The notes below the pieces were generated by a model, which was not told the origin of the DNA, ran no database searches, and worked only from the letters and a program-made list of their open reading frames with translations. From Podarcis vaucheri (taxonomy: Eukaryota): a stretch of DNA of 64,000 nt. How positions within the stretch are numbered: the stretch's first letter is position 1; each line of letters starts with the position of its first letter. This document shows positions 39,037 through 51,124 of this stretch, in pieces. The DNA lies in assembly GCA_965113315.1 (NCBI GenBank), contig OZ220372.1; one strand, written 5' to 3'. A program made the position numbers and the translations under genes.

Positions 39037-39170
39037 GTGTAAGATGAAGAACAGTTCTGGAGAACGGGAAAGCTTGCCCCAATTTTGTGATACTTTGGTT
39101 GGTCCCAAAAACTATTGCTCAACTAAGGATTTTAGGGTTTCTTTGTTTTTTAAAGGACCAACATGGCTAC
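39037..39170 (+). mobile_element. Older Penelope-like terminal remnant
   Basis: Degenerate core ATGAAGA..GTTCT-GG-AGAAC..GAAAGCTT, then GTTGGTCCC and GACCAACATGGCTAC shared with the 40011-40217 element. Confidence 0.5.
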
Positions 39171-39959
39171 TTTTGCTTTTAAGATGTGTACCAATGCAAA
39201 CATACCATTGCAACCTCTAGTTTTAATCATCTAAGGATTATCAGACAGGCAAGTTCAATAAAGCATTGCTAGCGGTCTACAAGGCTTGTAAACAGCCACC
39301 AAAAAACAGCTGCTTTTAAGCAACCAGGCAAGGAACCTTTCACAACATTTGGATCTTCCGTTCCTCTTTTAATCAAAAAATAACTAGCCCTTGTATGGAT
39401 TGGGTAGTATAGATGTGAAGGCCAGGAAAAAGAAAGCCCAATGGAAAACTTTTCGCTATGGGGGAACTCTGAGAAAGCTTTAAATATTGTTCAAAGATTT
39501 TATTTTTTGACTTGAGAAAGTCTACAACAATCAAATCCAAGAGGCACTTCTGCACCTAGAGGGTGCTACCACCTTTCTGAGAGGAGTATTCAAGACCTTG
39601 TTGCTTGTGAATTGTTGCTTGCCTTCTTCTGGTCACCTGTGGTCTAGAATGGAGATACCAGAAGCATCCAGATTCACCTGTCCTTTTGATCTGGTGCCTC
39701 CTTTGTGGTCAATCTTTTCACCTCTCCCTTGAAACAGTCTACTTTAATTGCAACTGAAAAACAAGCAAGTTGCTGCCCTGCCTTGATGAGGAATACAAAG
39801 GTCAGAAGCAAAAGCCTCACAGAAATAATCTGGTTGAGAAGAGAACTTTAATCAAGACCAACAGAAGGAAGTGGACTACAACTGGGTATGTTTGCAGTTT
39901 TGTTTGTACAAAACTGAGGTGTTTATAGTTTTAAATTTCATAGATATATGAAATAAGTA

Positions 39960-39961
<2 letters not shown>

Positions 39962-40006
<45 letters not shown>
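39962..40006. repeat. (TA)n microsatellite
   Basis: Direct reading. Confidence 0.97.
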
Positions 40007-40010
<4 letters not shown>

Positions 40011-40011
<1 letters not shown>

Positions 40012-40217
40012 GTCCAGTAGCACCTTAGAGACCAGCTACATTAGTCCTTGGTACGAGCTTTCGTGTCTGTATATAGTATCTGAAGAAGTGTGCATGCACA
40101 CGAAAGCTCATACCAAGAACAAACTTAGTTGGTCCCTAAGGTGATACTGGACATTTTTTTGATTTAAAAAATATATTTCTACTGCGTCAGACCAACACGG
40201 CTACCTATCTGAATCTA
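40011..40217. mobile_element. Penelope-like element remnant with inverted terminal duplication
   Basis: 56-bp inverted arms 40011-40066 and 40098-40153 (about 8 mismatches), hammerhead motif, 3' motif GACCAACACGGCTACC. Confidence 0.7.
40076..40113 (+). ncRNA. Minimal type-I hammerhead ribozyme motif of a Penelope-like element
   Basis: GTAT-CTGAAGA-A-GTGTG(CATG)CACAC-GAAA-GC-TC-ATAC: stem I GTAT/ATAC, core CUGANGA and GAAA, stem II, palindromic AGCU in place of stem III. Confidence 0.65.
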
Positions 40218-40599
40218 GAACCAAATAAGACAGTATTATATTTCAAGTTTCAAAGAAATCTGTTTTATGTTGTTAAAACAGTAAACAAGTTCAGGTTTGA
40301 CTATTGTATATATACTGCTCCCACCCTTTGCATCCCCCCCCTTCAAATTGGTAAGTTTTCCCACGGCTTCAACATTTCCAAATATTTGACATCTCTAATG
40401 AGGTGGAATGAATTTATTTGCAAGGTCAGTCTATAATTCCCCCCCCAGAAGTAACCTTATGATTTCTTAGGAAGCTAAAAAGATGATATAAATGGAAGGT
40501 GAAAGATGACATCCTCTCCATTTCCTTAGGGTAAATAATTATTTCTCTCCAATTTTAGCATTGCAGAATTATGCACGTTGCTCTTGGCTTTGAACTTGC

Positions 40600-40821
40600 C
40601 TGGTCTTTCTTCGAGCTATCTGCGCTGGCTTCCACCGTTACACTTACTTTGCTTTCAGCCAATTTTACAGCGGCATTAGAGGATTTGATGTTACTTGACG
40701 ATGTTGCATTACCAGAACTTGGTCCCTGAACCGTTTCCACACTTCCCAGAGCAGCTGCTGTTGGAGCAGGCAAGAGGGTTGTACTCATGTTGTTGGCAAC
40801 ATGGGAAGTACTAGGAATAGC
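40600..40821 (-). CDS. SCAF11: SCAF11 exon 13 (AIPSTSHVANN...EASADSSKKDQ), GC donor
   Basis: aacag| acceptor; CAG|gcaagt donor gives the in-frame join ...SSKKDQ|KLQIQE. Confidence 0.9.
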
Positions 40822-41487
40822 CTGTTTTAAAAAGTTACCAGAAGTTAATATGTTAACTAGTTGCATCCAACGTTCCTGCTCTGAACCTTTAGTTCTTGGG
40901 TGTTTCTAACATTTCTGAGAGATAGTCAATAGCTGGAAAGAGATCGTTCAGCTCAGCTGAGGCTAGCCTTAACTACAGAATCCATCCTATTTGTGACACT
41001 GACCATTTCCCCTTTCTCTGCAACCCAATAGTCTTAGTAACATGGCAATTTGTGTGAAAATGCAGGCTAAGGGGTTTTTCTGCAGACTGGAAAGGGGGGA
41101 AAACAACAGTCTGCGGACAGAGAGACTGAACTCCTGTGCATCATGTAAGAAGGAAACCTATACATTTGCCAGCTAGGATAGAAGCCAAAGCCCAGGACAG
41201 GTGTAAAGACAGAAGGAACCAGTGAGAAGGCAGCCTCTCAGTGATCTACTGACAGCTGGGTGGAGGGCCCATGAAACCACCACAGCAATCCACAGAAGAA
41301 TAGGCGGCCATAAACCTAGGAATGCAAACTTTCCTTCCGCCCGTAATAGATTGAAGCCTTTCATTCCGGCTTTGCACTTGGATCAGGCATTTGTGATAAA
41401 AGATATGAACGCTGCCCAACTATTATATGGAGCAAGCAGTGCACAAGAAGTGTAAGCACTTGAGTCTGCTTCCTTCAGTAGCAGTTA

Positions 41488-41890
41488 CCATATTTTTCGC
41501 CCTATAGGACACACTTTTTCCCCTCCAAAAATGAAGGGGAAATCTGGGTGCGTCCTATGGGGCGAATGCAGGCTTTCGCTGAAGACTGGAGAGCGAGAGG
41601 CGTCGGTGTGCAGCGACCCCTCTCGCTCTCCAGGCTTCAGGAAGCTATCCGCAAGCCTTGGGAGCCCTGCAAGCAAGCTCCGGGAGCGATGGCGAGGGTG
41701 CGCAACCTCGCCATCACTCCCAGACCACCAGCCCCAAGGCTAAAAATGAAGCCAGGACGGCTAGCGGGATCCATCCCGCTCGCTGTCACGGCTTCTTTGC
41801 TCTTTGGGGCTCGGGGGGAAATAACTTTTTTCCCCTTTATTCCCCCCCAAAAAAAAAAAATAAGTGCGCCCTATAGGGCGAAAAATATGG
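41488..41890. mobile_element. Tc2/pogo-like MITE with CpG-rich core
   Basis: Perfect 21-bp TIR CCATATTTTTCGCCCTATAGG, TA on both sides. Confidence 0.9.
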
Positions 41891-42143
41891 TATTTGCAAT
41901 CCTGCTCTGGTTCACTTCAGACACCATGCTTGGGGAATGGCGATGGAAGAATGAGAAAGCGTCCAGGACAGAAGCAGGGGGAGCAGATTCCAAAAGTAGC
42001 CAATTACAGCAGCAAGCATTTCACAAGGTGCTATCTGTTGAGCAAATGCAGAGGCCCGAATAGGTACTTGTAATTCAACAGAGATTTGGCAACCGAGCAA
42101 GATCTTGAAGAAAGCTCCCCTCCCAGGCATATTGCTTTATATT

Positions 42144-42260
42144 CAGGAATGGCTAATCTGTGTTCCTGGACTACAACTCCCATCTTCCCTGACCATTGGC
42201 CTTGCTAGCTGGGGTTGATGCCTCCATCATCTCAAGGGATACGGGTTCCCCATTCTCCTG
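42144..42260. mobile_element. Short hAT-type MITE
   Basis: CAGGA...GGACTACAACTCCCATC...TCCTG; near-TSD CTTTATAT / CTTCATAT. Confidence 0.6.
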
Positions 42261-43658
42261 CTTCATATCATCCAAAGACAGACTATTCATCCACCATGAA
42301 AAAAGAACAAACAGTGGACTTCACATGAATGTTTTCTTCAGTTGTGGAAGGAAGTCTAACCCACCCTAGTCTCACAAGGATATGGAGAATTGCAACAGGT
42401 TTAGATGTGGAGTGCAGGCTGGGCAACTCTTCTGTGTTCTCTTGAGTCAGGGCTTCCCAATGAGGTCCCTCTTCACCCCGACCCCACAATTCCCTCTTCA
42501 TTAATACATTGTTTCAGTGTTGGTTTTGTTTCAATTTGATTGAGCTTTCTGGAATTGAACCCGATTAACATTCTGATTGTAATGCGAAAGACACCCCACC
42601 CAAGCCAGGAATATTAGCTTAAAGCAGACCTCTTCAAAGTAATGACAAATTGATCACCCCACAAAGAATGACCAATATTCTCATGTTCCTTTTTATAAGT
42701 AGGGTATATCAAATGAGATGTAAATGAATTTAACAATGAAGATTATCACTTCCATATAAAGACACAAACAAAAATGTATTTCTTGGAACAGGACTTGAGT
42801 GAACGCACACATATGGGATTGGTTTTTATCCTGCACTCGGATTTTAGTCTTTTGTGAACAATTTCTGTTGCTGTCCTCCCCCTGCTCCTCAAACCATCTG
42901 CGTATGAATTTACTGCCAATGATTTTTTTCCACTATGGGGAAACAGATTCACCAGACTACATACAAGCTTTTTAAAAATAATATGAACTAGGCCAAATTC
43001 ATACATTATCACTGTTGCAAAGTCACTGTATCCACACTGCTGGGGACTCTGCTCTGAAGCAGCGATGTCTGTAACCAGCAACCAGGTGGGTTGGGCAGAT
43101 TACCAAGGTTTTATGTTTCCACAGCAGGGCAGGCACCTAACCTGGGAGCAGTTCTTGCTCATGTGGAAACTCATAAACTATCACCCTATCCCGCTACAGA
43201 TGCGTATCACATGGCATGACAGCCACACAACAGTATGCACGAACAGGGCCAAAAACTGAAGCTCCTCTTCCTCCTCTCTTCCTTTTGTATAAATAATGTG
43301 TAAAGCAATACTTTCCGCATTAGAATGACGGAAGAGAAATGTTAACTAACAAAGGATAAGTGTTAACTGGGGATATTTTATGGCTTAAGGTGAGGGCCAT
43401 CCTGAACAATTGTGGATGGTGTACAGGGTGAAAGAGGGGGCAGGTTATTTTCCTTCCATGGACTTCCTAAAGAACGATTCAAGCCAATTTCCCCCCCTGC
43501 CCAATGGACTTCCAAGTCAATCTAATTGCAGCATTGAATTGTTTAAAGAAAACGTCCAGCCAAATGCATAATATTTACATAAAACAAGAACTGAACCCTA
43601 TTCCAAAAGTCAGTTTTAAAACTACATTTATTTATTTTTTTACAACCAAAGGATATAC

Positions 43659-44002
43659 CTGCAACGGCTTTCCATCCAGTTGGGAAGCAACATAGTTAAC
43701 TTGCTGGGATGGTGGTGGAGGTGGTGGTGGTGGAGGTGGTCCCTGAGACACATTGGCTGAAGCTGCTACCTGCACAAGAGGCACTCCTGTATGAAGATGC
43801 ATGGGCACCGGTGGAGGAAGGCTAAATGGATTGTGCTGAATGTTCACAATAGGACCAGGGACGCTCATTGGATATGGGAAGATATTCATTGACTGATGTT
43901 GTGTATTTACGGGTGTCATTACATTCATCTGTGGCTGCAGCACGTTTATGGGTAGTTGAGAACTTTCGCCTTGTTGGCTGGCTTGGTCTTTGAAGTTTGG
44001 AT
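43659..44002 (-). CDS. SCAF11: SCAF11 exon 12, Pro-rich (PNFKDQ...PPPPPPPPPPSQQVNY...KPLQ)
   Basis: gctag| ... CAG|gtatat. Confidence 0.94.
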
Positions 44003-44939
44003 CTAGCAGACGGGGGAAAGACATTTTGAAAACATGTAGTTCCATAAAGCATTACAAAAAACAGAGCACAGTGGAGGGCATGCAGTCAATACATGGTATC
44101 TAATATCATCTTAAATCTGGAACCCAGATTTCTCTCTCTCTGTCTCCCCAAAAAGAGCACACGTGGTAGTATGGTCTTGTTATTTTATATGCTCTTGTTT
44201 TGCTGTCTCTGCAATGTAGGCTAAAATATGGGACTACAGAGTTGAATGGATCTAAGTCCAATGCCACCTAGAATACTGTTCCAGAAGCTCTCTAGCCCTC
44301 TAGAGCAGTTTTCAGGAAAAGAAAGCAAAGGAGGCTGAAGGGAAGGTCAATCAGTGAAAAATCGTCTCTCACTGATTTTCAGGAGCATCCTTTTGATGAG
44401 TGGAACAGCACTCTCGAGATATTAGGATCCAATCCATTGTTTACTTTGCTAAACAGTTATGGAGGGATATCTGGTATGCCAAATACAATCCTCATAGACA
44501 TTCACTTAACATACGATAAAGGGTACTCTTAAAAGTATTATTTTGTGCGCCACATAAATACTTTTCCACAGAGCTGTACTGAGCGGATACATTCTAGCTA
44601 CATTATTATCCACTGTACAGCACAAATAGTTATAATATTTTACCAGAAATTTTTAAATAGATGTACTGAAGCTTTAAGGGCACCAAAAAAAACCAAACTT
44701 TTACTCAACATTAAATGAGAAGCATGTGTGCTATAGTGGATGAACAGGAAAGTGGAACATACCCCATTTTGAAGGCTTTGAGCAAGGCTGTGATTATTTA
44801 AGTTGGGACGGTTGCACAGAAGCTAAAGTTAACCATCCCCTGTCTAGCATTCTTAGAATTCTTTTTTTTAAAGGAGGGACTGTCTGCCCGCTCTATCCCA
44901 AACCAGTGATTTATGCGTTGATAGGGGGAAAATAAATAC

Positions 44940-47786
44940 CTTGCTCAGGTGCTACTTCTTCTGGCTTTGTCCACGCAGACTGTGGGCTTGACGAATTTCT
45001 TCCTCTTCTGGAATAATAATTCTGTACGTCTGCTGGTAAAGTCTTCCTCACAGCCCAGCTTGATGCAGAAGTCCACCCAGACCTATCAGCAGGTGTATCG
45101 AAAGAGAAGTCTTGCTCCATCTTACGTTTGTATGGTTGGTGCTCTGGAAACCTTGAACTTTCAATTCCGGAACTATTTGCATTCCCCGAGTGTGGCTTCT
45201 TAGTTTGCCAGCGGTTTTCACTCTGGTCTCCATACGTAAAGCCGCCTCTGCCACGGCCACCTCTGCCACGGCCACCTCTGCTGCGATTTGAATTCCAACC
45301 TGATCCAAAGCTTCTGTTCCATGGAGGCCCTGAATCATTTTGCCTATTTTCATCCCATGGTTGACTTTTAAAATTGTCCCTCTCTCTGTTCCTTGTTTCG
45401 GGAACAGAATTTATCCTTTCCATAACCCAGTCTGGATAATCTTTCCTATACTGGTCAGAATAAGATTGCTTGTCAGCATCTTTGCTTGAACTGTCCCTCT
45501 CTCTTTTCATGCCCTCTGTCTGCTTCTCTTGCTCATTTCTTTTATATCTGTCATTTCCTCTGGGACTTCTCCAGCTATCATTTGTCCACCGTTCTTTCCA
45601 CCTGGGAGGTGAATAGCCATCCCTCTCATTTCTAGGGAATGAAGGGCCTTTGCTTCTTGTCCTCGATCTTGACCTAGATCGAGACCTTGATCGTGATTGT
45701 GAATATCTCCTCCTACTCTTATCTCTTTCATGATCTCTTCTTTGCCCATCTTTTTCACTATCTCTATCCCTACTCTGAGATCGGCATTTGTGCCTTGGAG
45801 AGGATTCCTTAGCTCGTGTCCGAGAAGATTGCCTTCCTTCCCTGAGAGAATCCCTTTTTGGAGAAGACGACGGCGACCTCTTCCCTTCTCTCGTAAGATC
45901 CCTCTTTGGAGACTGGGACATAGATCTTTTCCCTTCCTTCAGAGTTTCTCTTTTAGGAGAACAGGATGGGGATCTCTTCTCTTCTCTTGGAGGATCTCGT
46001 TTCGGAGACTGTGATAGAGATCTTCGCCCTTCTTTGGAAACATCCCTTTTAGGAGATCGAGACATCCTGCTTTCAGCCACAATCTCCCTCTTGGGAGATG
46101 GAGACTGAGATCTTTTCCCCTCTCTTTTGGCTGGTGACCAAGTTGTTGATGGAGAATGAAATCTTGATCTTCTAGTCCTAGTCTTTTTATCTTTTTTAAG
46201 TTCTGCGGAGCATTCTGTTTCTTCTTTCTTGTTAGAAGAGCTCGAAAGGGATACTGAGTTTTCAGTTTCATGGGGAAAGGAGCTTGCCTCTTGCTCTACA
46301 CTACCACTCATTAGTGGCTGGTCTATCCGAGATTCATTCTGGTCACTGCTAAATGAGTCACACTCCATAGCTACTATCTCATTATTGTCTTCGCTAAAAT
46401 GTTTAAGGTCTTCCAACTTAGGTGATGAACTGGTTCTAGAATCTCCTCTAGTCTCTTCTAAAACCTGATTGAATGTATTCTCTGAAGAAATTGTAATTAA
46501 TAAATCATTATCTTTTTCATTCTCTGTGGGTACACAGACTTCTTTTTCTACAGTGTCCATACCTTCCATTTCCAATGGCACTGGAAGCTGCTGTAATGTG
46601 CTTGTGGTATTTTCCAACGGCTCCTTGACTACTGCCTCAAATCCTATTTCTTCTGGTGATTTATCCTCAGAAGAATGAGGAACTAATGTCTTCTCGGGCA
46701 TTTCCTTTTCATGCCTTTCCAACATCTCATCTACTATTGCTACAGATTCTGACTCACCAAACAATTCATTTCTTGGACTAGGCACAGGCTCATCTGCTAC
46801 AGACAAAGGTTCAAGGTCTCCCAGGAATTCATTTCTAGGATCAGGCGCTGGCTCATCTTCTATTGCCACAGATTCGGTTGCACCTAGCAACTCATTTTCA
46901 GGATCAGCCAACATATCATCTGATATTGCCACACTTTCGACTTTCTCCAGGATTTCATTCCCGGGACTGTCCAAAGGCTGATCTGCTGTTGCCATGGGTT
47001 CCAATTTCTCCGGCAATTCATTCATAGGACTGCCTAATTCCTGAGGCTCATGACTAAGTGCTCCTGTATCATTGCAGGTATCTTCTCTAGAAGCACTATA
47101 AATTTTATCTACTTCTTCAGCAGCAGGACATCCATTATTTTCAAACTCAGTGTCTTCCTTTACTTCACATTTTTCAGTGTCTCCCTCTAGGGTGAGCAAA
47201 GGAGGATCCTGAACACAGGAACCAGTGTCTAAAGTAGCCTGCCCTTCACCAGCATCTCCTGTAGGATCTTCCTGACATGTCACACAGTCCTCGGAATTTT
47301 CCAAGCCATTAGCAGACTCTGTTTCTACATCATTTTTGTGACTCAGGTCAGTGGCAGTATTTTCACTGTCTGATAGATTGCTTTTATCTAGTACTGTTGT
47401 TACATCTGTCTCAGATTCATCGTCTAATAGGTCACTAGATGGTTTTCCATAACGTCCAGAACTTCTGAGCTTCTTTTTAACCACAGGTTCCTTCTGCTTA
47501 GCTCCTCTTTTAGCCTTCCGCTTTGGAGGTAGTTTCTCAGATTCTGCAGTAGCAGCATTCATAAATGAGCTACCATCGCCACTGGCCTCACATCCGGAGT
47601 TGCTGGATTTTGGTGAACTCTGAGACTGACTTGAGGTTTCAGTTTTAGCATTCCGGGCAGATCTTCTTCTAGGTGTAGTATCTGAAACCTTCCTTCTTGT
47701 TCCTCTTGTGCCAGCTGCACCAGAAGTTTGTTTTTTCTCTTCTCCTTCCTGGACATATGTAACAACATGCCCCTTTTCTGAAGACT
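44940..47786 (-). CDS. SCAF11: SCAF11 large exon 11: acidic region, RS/SP repeats, RGG box
   Basis: attag| ... G|gtattt; within the 980-aa ORF; motifs RTRRSRFHSPSTTWSP and FDTPADRSGWTSASSWAVRKTLPADVQNYYSRRGR. Confidence 0.96.
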
Positions 47787-49165
47787 CTAATATATATATA
47801 TTAAAGGAAGAGGAGGAAAGAATGTTTAATGTACTGAGGTAAGGTGAATGCAAACATTACTCAATTTTAGAAATGTCCACATTTAATTCAGTATTTGCCT
47901 CTTTGGCTAGGCTTTTTCTTTATTCTGGGGCTACTGCCATTTCATCAAGAATCAATTTGCCTGTTATGTCTTATTTTATAGTTTATTCTTTCAAATAAAT
48001 TAACTCAGATCAAATTTCTAAATTAGCCTACTTTATATACAAAGCACCAAGAACACTGGCTTGGCTGCTGCTCACTATCTGAGCAATCTTCACACATGAA
48101 TCACTCCAAGCTTGCAGTTTGTCCATACCTGTACATCCATGCATTGGCAAAGACCCATCTGCTATGTGATCGCTACAGCTAAGCCTATGCCAACATGTGC
48201 ATGGCAGGAGCTGGAGCCAGCAGCATTGCCCCTGGTATTAATGTGCTTCAGGTGTGAAGGGGTCTCTACTCCCTTAGAAATCTATTCTCCCTTTTTGCCC
48301 TTGTATCCTCACCCCAAATGCTCACTGTCCCATTTCTGCCCCATTCTTTAAAGCCTAAAATAAAATGGGCTTCTTCTATGAAGCCATTAACTCTCAGGTC
48401 CCCACCCTTAAATAGAATGAAGCTCAAATGTGTGCAGAATCATTCATCAATTTGCGTCATCCCTAAATCCTATATTCCTATTCTGGTTCATAGAATCACT
48501 ATAAACAGGCAGAAGTGGGATAGACTGAGGAACACTGTACAGACACACTACCTCAAAAGAACTTATGATTCCTCAAAATAACTTATCTCCTTTCTTTCTG
48601 TGTGCACATATGTGCAACGCACAGATATGTATTCTGTATATTCCTAGTAGGGGAAATGTTTTATGAAGCAGGAATTCTGTTTAAGATAGTAAAATAAACA
48701 GAAATCTATACGTCTATTGAAAAGAACTAGATAGCTCAAGTCCCTCTGAACTGCAAGTATCTATTTGTTCAGCAGGATAACCTCAAAAAGACTAGATTTT
48801 ATAGGCATGCTTAGAATAACTTAATTTAGGATCTGTTCAGCCCTAGCCTATCTGCATGGAAATGTTATAACCTCCAGTGAAATCATTTGTATAACCTGGG
48901 GCATGGTAGAGAGAGAAAATAAGAGAAGAAATTAGGGCCTGCACATTCTACCTTAGCCACCTCCCATATTATGTTAAAAAAACCAACTTTACATCTGAAC
49001 ATTCTTTAGACATTTCAAATTATTTTGTGTTTTACTTCGCACCAATGTGACAATTAACTCTTAAAATGTATATTTAAATAGGGAAAATCACATAACATAG
49101 TTGGAGGAATTAATGAAAATGTTGCTTTATATGAACTATAAATAAAACTTACAAAAAAAATTTAC

Positions 49166-49272
49166 CAAAGTTTTCCAAAGGCGAAGAACTTCTCAAAAAA
49201 AGAGTTCCCACTACAGCAGTGGAAACCAGACAGCAGGTTGTCATCTCTGTTTCACAGCCCATGGAAGGTATT
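49166..49272 (-). CDS. SCAF11: SCAF11 exon 10 (IPSMGCETEM...SPLENF)
   Basis: ttacag| ... G|gtaaat; 107 nt, phase 2 to 1. Confidence 0.85.
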
Positions 49273-50095
49273 CTGTAAAAGTTAACCCACATAAAAACAA
49301 GAGTTACAGGAAGAATCCTACTGGGGGGTGATGGGGAATCACATAAGGCCATATAGAAACATATTGTATCCATTGGATAAATAGTAATGAAAAGCACATG
49401 AAGGATTGAGACTCCCTTCTTGGATTTAAAGTTTGTTATCTTGGCCAAAGTCCTTTTGGGCTTAGATAATTTAGACTCCTCTAAAAGGTCTGAAGTGGAA
49501 TAGGAAAAAAGAAAATGCTTTGGCTTTCCAAAATGAAATCTATATGTATATTACTAGCTTTTTAATCACCTGGATTATGAATTTGCCTGTAAGTATCATT
49601 GTCCCAAATTGTTCCTTAATGTTAAGTTTATGCATTACAAATCAAAAAATATAACTAGACTTAAGTGCAAAAACACTCTTATTACTGCATTCCTCTTATT
49701 ACGAGCAATATGATGATCCTAAGTTTTAAGCATTTTGAATGCAAAACAAGAAACCAGACAAACCCTTTACTTAACTGAGGTTCTAATGATTCAGAATAGC
49801 AGACAGAACCAAACTATTATATAGCAAAGCACATTTTAATATAATTATAATTATATATTAAATTTGTTTACCGCCTTTCATCCGAAGATCACAGGGCAGT
49901 TCACAACATAAAATATAAGTATTTTATTTTGTGCAGTCATATGTAAATAAAAAACCCACACAATTTCAAATATTATTGAATGTTTATCTTAACCCAGTTG
50001 TTATTGTTCTTTAGATATTGTGACTGTAGCTTCACTAGTGACAAAGTGCATTTAAAAACAAAACAAAACAGTTCTTAACCAGTTGGTTGCTTTAC

Positions 50096-50182
50096 CTTGC
50101 CATACTAGCTAGTACAGAACATGACAACTCCAGCTCTCTTCTCTTATGCCCGATCATTGTGTCAATTTTGCTGATCTCTATA
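50096..50182 (-). CDS. SCAF11: SCAF11 exon 9 (IEISKIDTMIGHKRRELELSC...)
   Basis: ttccag| ... AG|gtaaag; KRRELELS resembles human KRHELELS. Confidence 0.88.
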
Positions 50183-50589
50183 CTGGAACATAAATTTGAA
50201 ATAAATTTTAGGGCCTTGATGTGCAGCTTAACAAGGTGGCAGATAGATTTAAGATACAAATGTGCACTTATTTCCAGAATGGAAAATGATAATTGACATA
50301 CATGTACACTTTATATTAATTCTCAATAACGCTTAATAGTCTCACAAAGTGGGTGGGTCAATATTATCCTTATGCAGCAGATGAATGGGTTGAGGTACAG
50401 ATACTGGTCTCATTCAGATAAAGAAAACTGCAGGAGAGTTGAACAGTACAAGGACAAAGTGATCTATCTGAAGGCTCATGTGCTTCCTTCCTCCAGCCTG
50501 CCACCACCCATCTCCTGCTCTGGCATAGCGGTAAGGAAGACTTCAGAAGTTTCTGTTTCCATTTTAAATAAAATGCATCTTGTTGCAAT

Positions 50590-50647
50590 ATCTAAACCCC
50601 AGACAAAATGGAGTTAATCTAAACCCCAGACAAAATGGAGTTAATCT
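50590..50647. repeat. Perfect 27-bp tandem duplication
   Basis: ATCTAAACCCCAGACAAAATGGAGTTA x2 plus ATCT. Confidence 0.95.
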
Positions 50648-51124
50648 TAACTATAGTCCATTAAAACAAGCCCATTCATTAAGTCCATTTTAACCATAGT
50701 TCATGAAGCTGGCTTGTTTCAAATGACCACAGATAAGATTAACTACTGCTTAGGTCTCAAACACACTGAACTGCAGTCACTCTTAAATCAGAACCTTTCT
50801 ATCTTGTCCTTGCTGCCACACCGTAAGGGAGGGAAGAGGCAGCATACAACCCCTAGTCTGATATACAATCCAATCCAATGGTTTAGCATTATGACAAAAC
50901 ACAGCCACTGGCTTCCTTAGGTCACCTAAAGTGCTCAAGGGAGATGTAATATTTGAATTGGGTCTCAGCTCATACACAAAGCTGAAACACCACACGACAA
51001 TGGAGAAGAAGTTACCCACTCATATTCTAAAAACAGCAGATTTGAGGCACACATGCAAGATTTCTTAAAGCTCCAGAACTCATCAAGCTATTTCTTTACA
51101 ACTTATAGCATATTAGGAGAGGAA

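Noticed and set aside
41548-42063. 171-aa ORF
   Set aside because: Runs through a GC-rich MITE into flanking intron; no protein-like features
44949-46678. Several ORFs antisense or out of frame to SCAF11 exon 11 (likewise within ARID2 exon 15)
   Set aside because: Expected shadows of long, compositionally biased coding exons
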